From NCBI GenBank assembly GCA_963819895.1, contig CAWFXU010000013.1:172447-236446 (forward strand): a DNA stretch of 64,000 bases, read 5' to 3'. Numbering within the stretch: the stretch's first letter is position 1; each line of letters begins with the position of its first letter. Positions 31,077-42,404 of this stretch are shown piece by piece. Source of the stretch: an uncultured Gammaproteobacteria bacterium. Lineage in GTDB: Bacteria; Pseudomonadota; Gammaproteobacteria; Pseudomonadales; UBA5518. The notes under the pieces were generated by a model. It saw only the letters and a program-made list of their open reading frames with translations. It was not told the origin of the DNA and ran no database searches. A program made the position numbers and the translations under genes.

Positions 31077-33776
31077 TCAGGCCGCCGAATCGAGAATCCC
31101 GAGCATGCGGGCACGGTCGAGCAGGTGCTTGCGATTGGCGGCGTAGAGCTTGCCGAACAGGTTCTTCAGGTGCCACTTCACGGTCTCGGCACCGACGCCG
31201 AGGGCGATCGCGATCTGCTTGTTCGACATGTTGTTCGCGAGGAGTCGCAGGATCTCCCGTTCCTTCGGCGTCAGCAAGGCGCTGGGGGCAACCCGGGCAT
31301 GCGCCGCATCGCCCGGGCGGGCCACGCCTGCGACCTCCCGACGCTCGGGCAATTGCCCGGCCACCCGTGCTTCGTCCGCTCGTACGCCCCGGGTTCGCTC
31401 GGCCCGCGCGGCCAGATCCGGGTGGGTATCCACGAGGATCCGCTCCAGTCCCAGTGATTTCGCCATGCCGAGTGCTTCGGCAAACAAGGCCTCGCTCTCC
31501 TTGCCGAGACGCGTCAATGCCAGCGCCTCGAGCAACTGGATCTGGATCAGGTCGCGTCCGCGGCGCAGGCGTTCGGCGACCGCGTGGATGGCTTGCAGAT
31601 GGCGGAGCATCGCCTGCCAATCCTGCCGCGCCAGGCAGGCATAGGTGCGGGCAAATCCGCTCTGCAATTCGACCAGCGGCTGCAGCAGTGCCCGGTCGCG
31701 GAGCTGCGGCGCGGCACACACTTCCTCCAGCCGTCCAAGCAATGCGGCACAGGCATCCTCGCGGGCACGCAGCGCATGGATGCGCATCTGCTCGGCCAGG
31801 CTCGCGATGCACAGCCGCGGCAAGTGGCGCGCTTCGCCGAGCGCGAACAGATGCTCCAGCAGATCGAAGGCGCGGCCTTCCTGGCCCTGCGCGGTGGCGG
31901 CACGCGCGGCCGCGACGTAACCGAGCACGATGGCGTCCGGCGGGGCGTGGCGTTCGACCGCGTCGAGCCGGTTGGCGAGCAGCGCGGCCACCTCGTCGTG
32001 CCCGTTGCGCTCCCACAGCACCGCGGCCAGCACCGCGGCCAGCATGACGGCAATGGGACCACGGCGACCGGTCTTCTCCTCGGCGCGCGCCAGCGCCGCG
32101 CGCAGGTGCTGTTCGCCGGGCACGACCTGCCCCTCCCACAGGTAGCTCATGCCCACGATCCAGTCGCCCCAGCCGCGCGCGTAGCCGCCGCCCCAGTCGC
32201 TGTCGCGTGGCAGGTGCTGGTAGTGATAGCGCGCGCGCTCCGGCGAGCCGTGCAGCAGGGCGAGGAGCGCCATGTGGTTCGTGCCCGCGGTCCGCTGCAC
32301 CGCCGAGCGGCTCGACAGCGTCTCGAACCAGGGCGAGACGATGCGTTCGACCGCATCGAGGTCATCGGCGAACAGGGCCGCCGTCGCGCATATTTCCGCG
32401 CTCTCGCAGCGCTCGCCCGCATCGGCCGCCGGATCGTCGATGATCGGGCCGACCATGCGCGCGGCCTCGACGTGCCGTTCGCTCTGCGCGAGCGTCCAGG
32501 CCACGGCCACGCGCAGTCGCGGCCGGCGCTCGATCTCGGTCGCGGGAATGCGCCCGATCCACTCGGCCACCCGCGACAGTTGCCCGGTTATCACGACGTC
32601 GTAGAGGCAGCGTTCCGCCAGTTCGTAGGCCAGTTCCTCCTGGCCGGCGTTCAGCGCATGACGGCCCGCTTCCTCGAACATCCGCTGCTCGGCGAGCCAT
32701 TGTGCCGCGCGTGCGCGCAGTCCGCGCTGTTCCCCGGCGGGCAGGGCGTCGAAGCGCTCGTCGAGGAACTCGCGGGCCAGCGGGTGGATGCGCAGCCAGT
32801 CGCTACCCACGCTCTCGGCGAAAATCGGGGTCAGCTCGCACAGTTGCGACAGCACCAGGGCACTGTCCTCGCGTCCGGTGATCGCCCGGCACAATTCGGG
32901 GTGCAGCGCATCGACGAAGGACGTGCGAACGAGAAAGTCCGCCATTGCCGGTGGCAGGCGCTCGACCAGGGATTCGACGAAATAGCGCCGGATGTCGCCC
33001 GAGCAGGACAGGCAGCCGTCGATCGCGTCACGGACACTCTGGCTCTTCTCGATGGCGGCGATGGCGAGCTGCAGGCCCAGCGGCCAGCCCTCGGTGATCT
33101 CGTGCAGCCGGATGCAGGTATCGGTATCGATGCGCGCACCGAAACGCGCGCTCAGGATGGCTACGGTTTCCTGTGGGCGCAAGCGTAGCGCTTCGGTGTC
33201 GAGCGAGGCGAATTGCCCGTGCGCGAGCAGATCCGCGACCGGCAGCACGAGGGGCCGGCGCGATGCCACGACGATCTTCAGGTTCGCCGGAGCGTTGTGG
33301 AGCAGGTACACCAGCGAACTGCGCGCGGTGGCCTCGGGGAGCGTGTGCGCCTCGTCGAGAATCAGCGTGACCTCGGCGGCCATGTCGACGACACCGGCCA
33401 GCCATCCGGTGATGCCCTCGTGGCGCCCGTCGCGCTGGTCGCTCATCGTCGGCCAGGAGTGGCCAAAGCGTGGACGCCCGCTGCCGGCCTGCATGGCGAC
33501 CGCGAGCCCCTGGGAGAACCGGGTGTCGTCGTCCCAGTGGTCCAGGGTGAGCCAGGCGACCACGTCGCCGGCCTCGAGTCGTTCGCGGCGCCACTGCGCC
33601 AGCAGTGCCGTCTTGCCGAAGCCAGAGCCCGCATGGACCGCAATGACGGCCTTGTCGGCGAGTTCGGGGCCGTTGACGCTCAGGCGCGGCCGCGCCAGCA
33701 GGGATTTCGGCGCCTTGGGGGGCGTGGCCTTCAGCAGCAGTCGCGGATCGGTGGCTTCGCTCGTTGTTCTTGTCAT
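31077..33776 (-). CDS. MalT-like large ATP-dependent LuxR-family transcriptional regulator (STAND NTPase + TPR-like region + LuxR HTH)
   Basis: Intact ORF. ATG 33776 follows GAAGGA (the ORF extends to 33845). It has the Walker A VIAVHAGSGFGKTALLAQW, a long helical repeat region, and the C-terminal LTPKEREILRLLANNMSNKQIAIALGVGAETVKWHLKNLFGKL. Confidence 0.85.
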   Translation of the reverse strand: MTRTTSEATDPRLLLKATPPKAPKSLLARPRLSVNGPELADKAVIAVHAGSGFGKTALLAQWRRERLEAGDVVAWLTLDHWDDDTRFSQGLAVAMQAGSGRPRFGHSWPTMSDQRDGRHEGITGWLAGVVDMAAEVTLILDEAHTLPEATARSSLVYLLHNAPANLKIVVASRRPLVLPVADLLAHGQFASLDTEALRLRPQETVAILSARFGARIDTDTCIRLHEITEGWPLGLQLAIAAIEKSQSVRDAIDGCLSCSGDIRRYFVESLVERLPPAMADFLVRTSFVDALHPELCRAITGREDSALVLSQLCELTPIFAESVGSDWLRIHPLAREFLDERFDALPAGEQRGLRARAAQWLAEQRMFEEAGRHALNAGQEELAYELAERCLYDVVITGQLSRVAEWIGRIPATEIERRPRLRVAVAWTLAQSERHVEAARMVGPIIDDPAADAGERCESAEICATAALFADDLDAVERIVSPWFETLSSRSAVQRTAGTNHMALLALLHGSPERARYHYQHLPRDSDWGGGYARGWGDWIVGMSYLWEGQVVPGEQHLRAALARAEEKTGRRGPIAVMLAAVLAAVLWERNGHDEVAALLANRLDAVERHAPPDAIVLGYVAAARAATAQGQEGRAFDLLEHLFALGEARHLPRLCIASLAEQMRIHALRAREDACAALLGRLEEVCAAPQLRDRALLQPLVELQSGFARTYACLARQDWQAMLRHLQAIHAVAERLRRGRDLIQIQLLEALALTRLGKESEALFAEALGMAKSLGLERILVDTHPDLAARAERTRGVRADEARVAGQLPERREVAGVARPGDAAHARVAPSALLTPKEREILRLLANNMSNKQIAIALGVGAETVKWHLKNLFGKLYAANRKHLLDRARMLGILDSAA

Positions 33777-33985
33777 CGCGTCCTTCGTCGTCCAGCACGG
33801 CTTCCCGAGTGCCTTGTCAGCGGGTCGGTCGTGCGATTCTGCCACAGCTTCGGTGTCGATCGCTGCGCGGCGTGCGTTGCTGTCGACGAAAGGCGATCAT
33901 GGCGACAATTGCACATGGACGTCGGCTTCGCCCTGATCGTCGCGCCGTTATACTCGAGGCCTCGAACGTCATCGGATTCAATCGA

Positions 33986-34996
33986 ATGGGACAGCGCATG
34001 CGCAAGGGCTTTCAAATCGTCGGGATGATCGTGCTGGCATCGGGCCTGGCTGCGTGGGGCGCAACGGCCGTGGGCGCCAGCCTGCACGATTGCGCGGGTG
34101 TCGCGGAGGCCGCGGCGCGCCTGGCCTGCTTCGACCGGCTTGCCGCGGAGGCCGCGTCCACGCGCATCGACGAGACGCCGGTCGCCGCGACGGCGCCGGC
34201 TGCCGCGGGCGGGGCGCTCCGGTCGCGCATGCGCAAGGAGTCGAACCTGCTCGAGAACCCCTTCGGCCTGACGGCGTACAAGCCGAACTACATCCTGCCG
34301 GTCACCTACAACAGCAAGATCCACGAGGAGCCCTGGACGTCCATCTACCCGGACGCGAACATGGACGACGTCGAGGCCAAGTTCCAGATCAGCTTCAAGG
34401 CACAGGTGTGGGACATCAGCGAGCGCCTCGGCCTGTGGGGGGCGTACACGCAGGAGAGCTGGTGGCAGGTCTACAACGACGAGGAGTCCGCCCCGTTCCG
34501 CGAAACCAACTACCAGCCCGAGATCTACCTCAGCTACGACACGCAGGCGGAGCTGTTCGGGTTCCACGTGGCGCAGCTCAATCTCGGCTTCAACCACCAG
34601 TCGAACGGTCGCAGCGAGCTGCTCTCGCGCAGCTGGAACCGCATCATCGCCGGCGCACTGCTGGAGCGCGACAACCTCGCGATCTCGCCGCGCATCTGGT
34701 ACCGCCTGCCCGAGGACGAGGAAGACGACGACAACCCCGACACCGAGGACTACTACGGCTACGGCGACCTGCGGCTCGCGTACGCCTGGCACGACATGAC
34801 CTTCTCGGCGCTCGCGCGCAACAACCTGCAGAGCGACGACAACCGCGGCGCGCTGCAGCTCGACTGGAGCTTTCCGCTGAACCGGCGCTTCAAGGGCTAC
34901 GTGCAGTATTTCTACGGCTACGGCGAGAGCCTGATCGACTACGACGTGAAGACCAACCGCATCGGGGTCGGCGTGATGCTGACCGACTGGCTGTAA
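33986..34996 (+). CDS. pldA: outer-membrane phospholipase A (OMPLA)
   Basis: Intact ORF with the signal IVGMIVLASGLAAWGATAVGA. OMPLA blocks are present: YKPNYILPVTYN, LNLGFNHQSNGRS (His/Ser catalytic pair), SWNRI, and the C-terminal YFYGYGESLIDYD. Confidence 0.85.
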   Translation: MGQRMRKGFQIVGMIVLASGLAAWGATAVGASLHDCAGVAEAAARLACFDRLAAEAASTRIDETPVAATAPAAAGGALRSRMRKESNLLENPFGLTAYKPNYILPVTYNSKIHEEPWTSIYPDANMDDVEAKFQISFKAQVWDISERLGLWGAYTQESWWQVYNDEESAPFRETNYQPEIYLSYDTQAELFGFHVAQLNLGFNHQSNGRSELLSRSWNRIIAGALLERDNLAISPRIWYRLPEDEEDDDNPDTEDYYGYGDLRLAYAWHDMTFSALARNNLQSDDNRGALQLDWSFPLNRRFKGYVQYFYGYGESLIDYDVKTNRIGVGVMLTDWL

Positions 34997-35001
34997 CGCC
35001 C

Positions 35002-35750
35002 GTGGCCGGCCGCATCGACCGCACGCCGGCGCTGGCTCGACCTGATCCAGGGCGCGAGCGGGCTCGCGCTCGCGCTGTTCATGTGGGGCCACATGCTGCT
35101 GGTGTCGAGCATCCTGCTCGGCAAGGACGCGATGTACCACGTCGCGCGCTTCTTCGAAGGCGTCTACTTCTTCGGCCGGCCCTACCCGCAGCTGGTCACG
35201 GGTATTGCGGCCGCGATATTCCTGCTGATGATCGTGCACGCGGTCGCGGCCATGCGGCGCATGCCCTCCAGCTACCGCGAGTACCGCACCCTGTTCCGCC
35301 ACACGCGCGAGTCTGCGCCACGCCGACACCTGGCTGTGGCTGATCCAGGTCGCGACCGGGCTGGTGCTGATGTTCCTCGCCGGCGTGCACCTCTACACGA
35401 TGATGACGCACCCGGCCGACATCGGTCCCTACGAATCGGCCGACCGCTTCGTCAGCGGGCGCATGTGGCCGCTGTACCTGGTGCTGCTGTTCGCCGTCGA
35501 GCTGCACGGCGGCATCGGCCTGTACCGGCTGGTGCTGAAATGGGGCCTGCTGCCGCGCAGCGCCGATCCGCGCGCGCAGCGCCGTCGCCTCTCGCGCCTC
35601 GAGTGGTCGATCACCGGCTTCTTCCTGGTGCTCGGCCTGCTGACCTTTGCCGCCTACATGAAGATCGGCATCGAGCACCGCGACCGCGCCGGCGAGCGCT
35701 ACGTGCCCGTGGCGCTGCGCGAGGCCATGCCGCAGGCGGGGCCCGGCTGA
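35002..35750 (+). pseudogene. frdC: fumarate reductase dihaem cytochrome b subunit (type B, Wolinella-like); about 2 frameshifts
   Basis: GTG 35002 lies 5 nt after the pldA stop. It reads [30 protein letters not shown]...[21 protein letters not shown], then (shift near 35320) [29 protein letters not shown]...[15 protein letters not shown]. All four expected haem-ligand His contexts are visible. The N-terminal reconstruction is tentative. Confidence 0.7.
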
Positions 35751-37733
35751 TGCGCACGATCCAGACCGACGTGCTGGTCGTGGGCGGCGGCCTCGCGGGG
35801 CTGCGCACCGCGATCGGCGTGCGCCGGCGCGGCTTCGAGGCGATCGTGCTGAGCCTGGTGCCGGCCAAGCGCTCGCACTCGGCGGCGGCGCAGGGCGGCA
35901 TGCAGGCGAGCCTCGGCAACGCGGCGATGGGCGAGGGCGACAACGAGGACGTGCATTTCGCCGACACCGTGCGCGGCAGCGACTGGGGCGCCGACCAGGA
36001 CGTGGTGCGCATGTTCGTGAACACCGCGCCCAAGGCGGTGCGCGAGCTCGCGGCCTGGGGCGTGCCGTGGAACCGCGTGCAGCGCGGCGAGCACGAGGTG
36101 GTGATGAACGGCAAGCGCGTCACGCTCACCGAGCGCGACGAGGCGCACGGCCTGATCACCGCGCGCGATTTCGGCGGCACGCGCAAGTGGCGCACCTGCT
36201 ACGTCGCCGACGGCACCGGGCACTCGATGCTGTTCACGATGAGCGACCAGGCGGTGGCCAACAGCATCCCGGTGCACGAGCGCATGGAGGCGCTCTCGCT
36301 GATCCACGACGGCGCGCGCTGCCACGGGGTGATCGCGCGCAACCTCGCCACCGGCGAGCTGGTGGCCTACGTGGCGCGCGCGACCTGCATCGCCACCGGC
36401 GGCTTCGGGCGCATCTACCGGGTCTCGACCAACGCCATCATCAACGAGGGCATGGGGGCCGCGATCGCGCTGGAAACCGGCGTTGCCGCGCTCGGCAACA
36501 TGGAAGCGGTGCAGTTCCACCCCACGGCGATCTTCCCCGCCGGCATCCTGGTGACGGAAGGCTGCCGCGGCGACGGCGGCCTGCTGCTCGATGGCCGCGA
36601 GCACCGCTTCATGCCCGACTACGAGCCCGACAAGGCGGAGCTGGCCTCGCGCGACGTGGTGTCGCGGCGCATGGAGGAGCACATCGGCGCCGGGCATGCC
36701 GCGCGATCGCGCTTCGGCGAGCACCTGTGGCTGGACATCCGCCTGCTCGGGCGACGCCACATCGAGACGCGGCTGCGCGAGGTGAAGGAGATCTGTACCT
36801 ACTTCCTCGGCATCGATCCGGCCGAGCAGCTGATCCCGGTGCGCCCCGCGCAGCACTACTCGATGGGCGGCATCCGCACCGATCATCGCGGCGAGAGCCG
36901 CACGCTGAAGGGACTGTTCGCGGCCGGCGAGGCGGCGTGCTGGGACATGCACGGCTTCAACCGCCTGGGCGGCAACTCCGTGGCAGAGACCGTGGTGGCG
37001 GGCATGATCGTCGGCGAGTTCATCGCGGACCACTGCGAGTCGCCCGACGGCGCGGCCGATGTGCCGACCGCGCTGGTGCGCGAGTTCCACGCGCGCGAAA
37101 GCCGGCAGCTCGCGGATCACGCCGCGCGCGGCGGCCCCGAGAGCCCCTTCGCGCTGGTGCGCGAGATGCAGCTGGCCATGACCGACAACGTCGGCATCTT
37201 TCGCAGCGGCGAGCGGCTCGCCGAGGCGGTGGACGCAGTTGCAGCAGCTGCTGGTGCGCAGCCGCGACCTGGGGCTGCGCAGCCAGGCGCGCGGCGCGAA
37301 CCCCGAGCTGGTGGCGGCCTACCGGCTGCCGCGCATGCTGAAGCTCGCGCTGTGCGTGGCGCAGGGCGCGCTGGCGCGCACCGAGAGCCGCGGCGCGCAT
37401 TTTCGCCGCGACTTCCCCGTGCGCAACGACCGCGACTGGCTCGCGCGCACGCTCGCGACCTGGCCCGACCCGGATGCCACGCTGCCGGTGCTCGCCTACG
37501 AGCCGCTCGACGTGCGGCGCATGGAACTGCCGCCGGGCTGGCGCGGCTACGGCGCGAAGGACTACGTCGACCACCCGGATACGCCGGCGCGCCAGGCCGA
37601 GGTCGATCGGGTGCGCGCGGCAACCGCCGGCGCCGGCCGCCTGGCGCAGCAGCAGGCGCTGATGCCCTGGGAACACCAGTTGCCGCCGCGGCTGCGCGGA
37701 CGCAATGCGAGGCTGGGAGACCACGACACATGA
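35750..37733 (+). pseudogene. frdA: fumarate reductase/succinate dehydrogenase flavoprotein subunit; one frameshift near 37235
   Basis: The ATG overlaps the frdC TGA. It reads [27 protein letters not shown] (FAD-linking His), [31 protein letters not shown]. After the shift it reads [16 protein letters not shown]. Confidence 0.9.
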
Positions 37734-38475
37734 GCGAGACCGTCACCGCCCGCCCGCGCACGCTCGAGATCAGCGTGCTGCGCCACAACCCGTCCGATCC
37801 GGCGAGCACGCCGCGCCTGGAGCGCTTCGAGATCGAGGAAGCCGACGGCATGACGCTCTTCATCGCGCTGAACGAGATCCGCGAGAACCAGGACCCCACG
37901 CTGCAGTTCGACTTCGTCTGCCGCGCCGGCATCTGCGGCGCCTGCGGCATGCTGATCGACGGCCGCCCCGGGCTCGCCTGCCGCACGCTGACGCGCGACC
38001 TCGGCAGCCGCATCACGCTGGCGCCGCTGCCGGTGTTCAGGCTGATCGGCGATCTCTCGGTCGACACCGGCGCGTGGATGCAGGGCATGGCCGAGCGGCT
38101 CGAGACCTGGGTGCACCTGCGCGAGCAGGAGCCGGACCTGGGCGCGCTGGAGGAGCGCATGGAGCCTGCGCTGGCCGAGCAGATCTACGAGCTGGAACGC
38201 TGCATCGAGTGCGGCTGCTGCGTCGCGGCCTGCGCCACGGCGCGCATGCGCGAGGATTTCGTCGGCGCCGCCGGGCTGAACAAGATCGCGCGCTTTCGGC
38301 TCGATCCCGCGCGACACGCGCAGCGACGCAGCAGTTCTACGAGCTGATCGGCGACGAGAGCGGCGTGTTCGGCTGCATGACGCTGCTCGGCTGCGAGGAC
38401 ACATGCCCGAAGAACCTGACGCTTTCGACGCAGATCGCGTTTCTGCGTCGCAAGATGCTGATTGCCGCCTCCTGA
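37730..38475 (+). pseudogene. frdB: fumarate reductase/succinate dehydrogenase iron-sulfur subunit; two close frameshifts near 38306-38335
   Basis: There is an ATGA overlap with frdA. It reads [15 protein letters not shown] (2Fe-2S) and [14 protein letters not shown] (4Fe-4S). After the shifts it reads [17 protein letters not shown] (3Fe-4S). Confidence 0.85.
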
Positions 38476-38653
38476 GACGGCTGGTCCGGCCGCAGGGACA
38501 GACCTGCGCGTTAATTGTCCGACAGGCGTCGTCGCGAAGGGCAAATTTTTCACGCTTATCCGCCGTGCGAAGCAGCGCAGTGCACGACCATACTTCGAGT
38601 CAGCCGGCACCAGCTGGGTGCGGTGAAACCAACCTGTCTCAGGAGACATTTCC

Positions 38654-39413
38654 ATGTTCAATCGCAAACTCGATTGCAGCCGCCGTCGCCTGCCTCGCCG
38701 TGCAGGCCGCCATGCCGGCCGCTGCCGAAGACGCCGACAAGTGCTGCTTCCGCCTGACCCCCTACTACTGGGCCGTGGGCATCGACGGCAGCCTGGAAAA
38801 CAACCGCGACCAACCACGAGCAGTCGACTTCAACCAGGATATCGGTGACGTCACCGACAACCTGGAGTTCAACGGCTCCCTGATGCTCGAGCACAACAAG
38901 GGCCGTTGGGTGCAACTTCGCTGCGCGTCGATTACATGAAGACCGACAACGACGACGTGGACATCAACCTGGCGGGCGTGGAGATCGAGGTGGAAACCGA
39001 CACCATGCTGGGCACGGCAGCGACCGGCTATCGTTTCGGCGAGGGTGGCAAGTCCCACGTGGACGTGCTGGTTGGTGTGCGCTACGCGAAACTCGATGTC
39101 GAGGCCAACGCTCAAGGGTGCGGCGACGGCACGGCGTCAACGCCGACGACGATCTGATCGACGGCATCGTGATGCTGCGTCCGCGCGATCGCGCTGGGCA
39201 GGAGCACTGGGCGTTCAGCCCGACGGCATCGTTGGCGCCGGTGATTCGGACCTGGTCTGGGAAGCTGGCTCCCGAATTCGTGTACACGAACGACTGCTGC
39301 AACCTGGAGTTCCGTTTCGGCTACCGTACCGTGAACTACGAGATCGAGGAAGACGACGTCGAAGTCGACTTCTCGTTCCGGGTCCGATGGTCGGTCTCGG
39401 CTTCTCGTTCTGA
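38654..39413 (+). pseudogene. small outer-membrane beta-barrel protein (OmpW/MipA-like size); about 6 frameshifts
   Basis: ATG 38654 follows AGGAGA. The signal is IAAAVACLAVQAAMPAAA. Alternating-hydrophobic strands are spread over three frames (YYWAVGIDGSLE, LEFNGSLMLEHNKGRW, MLGTAATGYRFGEG, VDVLVGVRYAKLDVEA, LEFRFGYRTVNYEIEEDD). It ends GPMVGLGFSF. Confidence 0.55.
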
Positions 39414-39433
39414 CGCCGCCTGAACCCTTCGAG

Positions 39434-39468
39434 AAGGCCGCCTGCACCCGGTGCAGGCGGCCTTTTTT
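39434..39468 (+). terminator. rho-independent terminator
   Basis: AAGGCCGCCTGCAC-CCG-GTGCAGGCGGCCTT is followed by TTTT, 20 nt after the OMP stop. Confidence 0.8.
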
Positions 39469-39484
39469 CGTTCCGGGGCATGAT

Positions 39485-39547
39485 GCGGGTCGGCATTTAT
39501 GCCGCTTGTGCATGGCCGGACCGTGCGGGTCGCCTTTTGGCGACGAC
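39485..39547. repeat. REP/BIME-like doublet (GGGTCGGCATTTATGCCGCTTGTGC ... GGGTCGCCTTTTGGCGAC)
   Basis: Two short palindromes are separated by about 15 nt. The same two-unit arrangement occurs at 59046-59117. Confidence 0.6.
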
Positions 39548-39587
39548 AGCGGTCGGGATCGCATATCCTAATACCTGCAAATCATTA

Positions 39588-39616
39588 TTGCTGGTCTTGC
39601 TTATTCCTTTTAGAAT
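39588..39616 (+). promoter_or_regulatory. candidate sigma70-type promoter of the SLC13 transporter gene
   Basis: TTGCTG (39588-39593), 17 nt spacer, TAGAAT (39611-39616), in a locally AT-rich patch 37 nt upstream of ATG 39653. This is a pattern match only. Confidence 0.35.
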
Positions 39617-39652
39617 GCGCCCGCAACAGTCATGGGCGGGGAGAGATCGCTG

Positions 39653-41431
39653 ATGGATTGGCAGGGATGGTTCACGGTCGCGCTGACCGTCGCGGTTCTC
39701 GCCACGCTGATCACCATTCCGCGTCTCAGCCACCGACCTGGTGCTGATGGGGGCGCTGCTGCTGCTCAGCATCACCGGGATCCTGAAGCCCGATGAAGCC
39801 CTCGTCGGATTCGCCAACACCGGCCTGATGACGGTGGCGGCGATGTTCATCGTCGCGGCGGCCATCCGCGCCTCGGGCGGTGTCGATCTCGTGGTCGAGC
39901 GCGTGCTGGGACGGCCGACCGGCCCGCGCAGCGCGCTGGTGCGGCTGATGCTGCCGGTGGTGGGGCTGTCGGCCTTCCTGAACAACACCCCGGTGGTGGC
40001 AACGATGATCCCGGCGGTCAGCCAGTGGGCGCGGCGGATCAAGGTGCCCAGCTCCGCGCTGATGATCCCGCTGAGCTACGCCTCGATCCTCGGCGGCACC
40101 ATCACGCTGATCGGCACCAGCACCAACCTGGTGGTGAACGGCCAGTACCAGGTGCTGACCGGCAAGCCCGGCTTCGCGCTGTTCGACATCGCCCCGATCG
40201 GCCTGATCGTGGCGCTCGTCGGGCACGCTGTTCGTGGTGTTCGCGGCGCCGAAGTTGCTGAAGGTGCGTCGCAGCCCCGACCAGACCTTCGCCGACACGC
40301 GCAGCTTCACCTTCGAGGTCGCGGTCGCGCGCGACGGGCCGCTGGTCGGCAAGACCATCCAGCAGGCGGGACTGCGTCACCTGGAGCGCATCTACCTCGC
40401 CGAGATCGAGCGTGACGGCAGCGTGATCACCGCCGTGGCGCCCGAGGAGATCCTGCGCGGCGGCGACCGCCTGGTGTTCGTGGGCGAGACCGAGGCCATC
40501 GTCGACGTGCTGCGCATCAACGGCCTGGTCGCCGCGGTGGGCAGCCAGCCCGCGCTGGAACGCAACGTGCCGGAACGCCGGCTCGTGGAGGCGGTGGTCG
40601 CCGAGCACTGCGAGGTCGTGGGCGCACACGATCCGCGACGGGCGTTTCCGCGACCGCTATGGCGCGGTGGTGCTGGCGGTGGCGCGCAACGGCGAGCACA
40701 TCCGCGGGCGGCTGAGCTCGATCATCCTCGAACCCGGCGACCTGCTGCTGCTCGAGGCGCGCCCCGCGGTGGTCGGGCGGCTCAAGCAGTCGCGCGACTT
40801 CCTGCTGATGAACGTGCTCGAGCACGAACTGCCCGATCATTCGCACGCGTTGATCTCGTGGGCGATCCTCGGCGGCGATCATCGCGCTGGCGACCACCGG
40901 CCTCATGAGCATGCTGAACGCCGCGCTGCTCGGCGTGGCGGCGATGCTGGCGACGCGCTGCATCGGCGTGAACGAGGCGCGGCGCGCCTCGACCTGCCGG
41001 TGCTGGTGACGATCGCCGCGAGCTTCGCGCTCGGCAACGCGCTGGAGAAGACCGGCGCGGCGGAATATCTCGGCAACGGCATCGTGGCCGCCGCCGGCAG
41101 CGACGCCTGGCTGCTGCTCGCGCTCACCTACCTCAGCGTGATGGTGCTGACCGAGCTGATCACCAACAACGCCGCCGCGATGCTGATGCTGCCGGTGGTG
41201 CTCGCGATCACCGAGACCGCGGGCCTGAATGACGTGCCCTACGTGATGGCGGTGATGATGGCGGCCTCGGCGAGCTTCGCCACGCCGATCGGCTACCAGT
41301 GCAACCTGATGGTGTACGGGCCGGGCGGCTACCGTTTCTCCGACTTCCTGCGCATCGGCGTGCCGATGAACCTGCTGATGGCGCTGGTCACGATCGCCGC
41401 CATACCGTTCATCTGGTCGCTGCAGGGGTGA
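39653..41431 (+). pseudogene. SLC13/DASS-type permease with two central TrkA-C (RCK_C) domains; about 5 frameshifts
   Basis: It reads MDWQGWFTVALTVAVLATLI, LSITGILKPDEALVGFANTGLMTVAAMFIV..., TrkA-C-like FEVAVARDGPLVGKTIQQAGLR and VEAVVAEHCEVVG, and the C-terminal LTELITNNAAAMLMLPV...ASFATPIGYQCNLMVYGPGGY. Shifts lie near 39730, 40225 and 40630, with a compensated pair near 40870/40985. Confidence 0.8.
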
Positions 41432-42015
41432 GAAACGGCCTGCGCACGGCACTGAGGCACCGCGTTGCACTCATTGCGAAGCCCAGATCCCCCTGCGCGA
41501 TCGCGCCCTCGATCCGCAGCATGCGCTGCTTGGTGCGCGCGCCGCCCGGCGCCGAAAGCCGCCGAGGCTGCCGTCGGCGGCGACGATGCGATGACAGGGG
41601 ACGATGATGGGGAATGGGTTGGCGCCCAGTGCCTGTCCGACCGCCTGCGCGGCACCCGGCGTGCCGAGCCGGCACGCGAGCTCGCCGTAGGTGATGGTGT
41701 TGCCCGGCGCGATCGCGCGGGCAGCCGCGAAGACGCGGCGGTGGAATTCCGTGATGTCGTCGAGGTCGAGCATGAGGTCGCGCAGATCGTCGCGCACGCC
41801 CGCCAGCAGCGCGACGATGCGCGTGATGGCCGCCGCTATCGCAGGCGGCGCCGGCTGTTCACCGGCTTGCGCTACATGCCTCGGGCGATATGCCGGCGCA
41901 GGGCTTCCTCGTTAGCCGCGGGCAGCGCGCAGCGCGTGATGCCGCGCTCGCCCCAGGCGATGGCGCAGCGGCCGATCGCGGTGTCGAACAGCGCGTAGCC
42001 GGTCGCGGGCGCCAC
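41409..42015 (-). pseudogene. ogt: methylated-DNA-protein-cysteine methyltransferase; about 2 frameshifts
   Basis: GTG 42015 lies 3 nt after the yciH-like stop. It reads YALFDTAIGRCAIAWGERGI, then TEFHRRVFAAARAIAPGNTITYGELA...ANPFPIIVPCHRIV (active-site PCHR), then SAPGGARTKQRMLRIEG. The 3' end is uncertain. Confidence 0.8.
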
Positions 42016-42018
42016 GAT

Positions 42019-42404
42019 TCAGTTGCCGATCACGATGCGCGTCGCCCCGCGTTCGCGCAGCCATTGCGCGGCGCGCGCCGACTGGTCGCCCGCGAGCACG
42101 ATCGCATCGCCCTCGACGCCGCCGCCGGTGCCGAGCGACTGGCGCATTTCGCGCGCGAAGGTCTCCAGCGCCGCGCCCGTCAGCGCGACGCCGCGCACCA
42201 GCGTCGCGGTCTTGCCGCCGCGGCCCTTGCGTTCGCGCGCGATCACGAGCTTCGCGGCGAACGGGCTGTCGCCGTGCGCTTGCCGCGGCGGGTCTCGTCG
42301 CCCGTTCCCTCGGGCAGCGTGCCGCGCAGCGAGGCGAGGGCGGCAAAGGGGTTCGGGGTGGCGGGAGCCGCGGGCTCGGGTTGGTCGGGGCGTTGCTTTC
42401 CCAT
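42019..42404 (-). pseudogene. yciH: SUI1/YciH translation initiation factor-like protein; one frameshift near 42290
   Basis: It reads MGKQRPDQPEPAAPATPNPFAALASLRG, then (shift) VIARERKGRGGKTATLVRGVAL...GTGGGVEGDAIVLAGDQSARAAQWLRERG. Confidence 0.75.

Noticed and set aside
35081-38347. 1088-aa ORF suggesting a fused FrdC-FrdA-FrdB polyprotein.
   Set aside because: It is an artefact of frame changes. frdC, frdA and frdB have their own starts with 1-4-nt overlaps (35750, 37730). The single frame is only kept open because frdA shifts out near 37235 and frdB happens to use the same frame.
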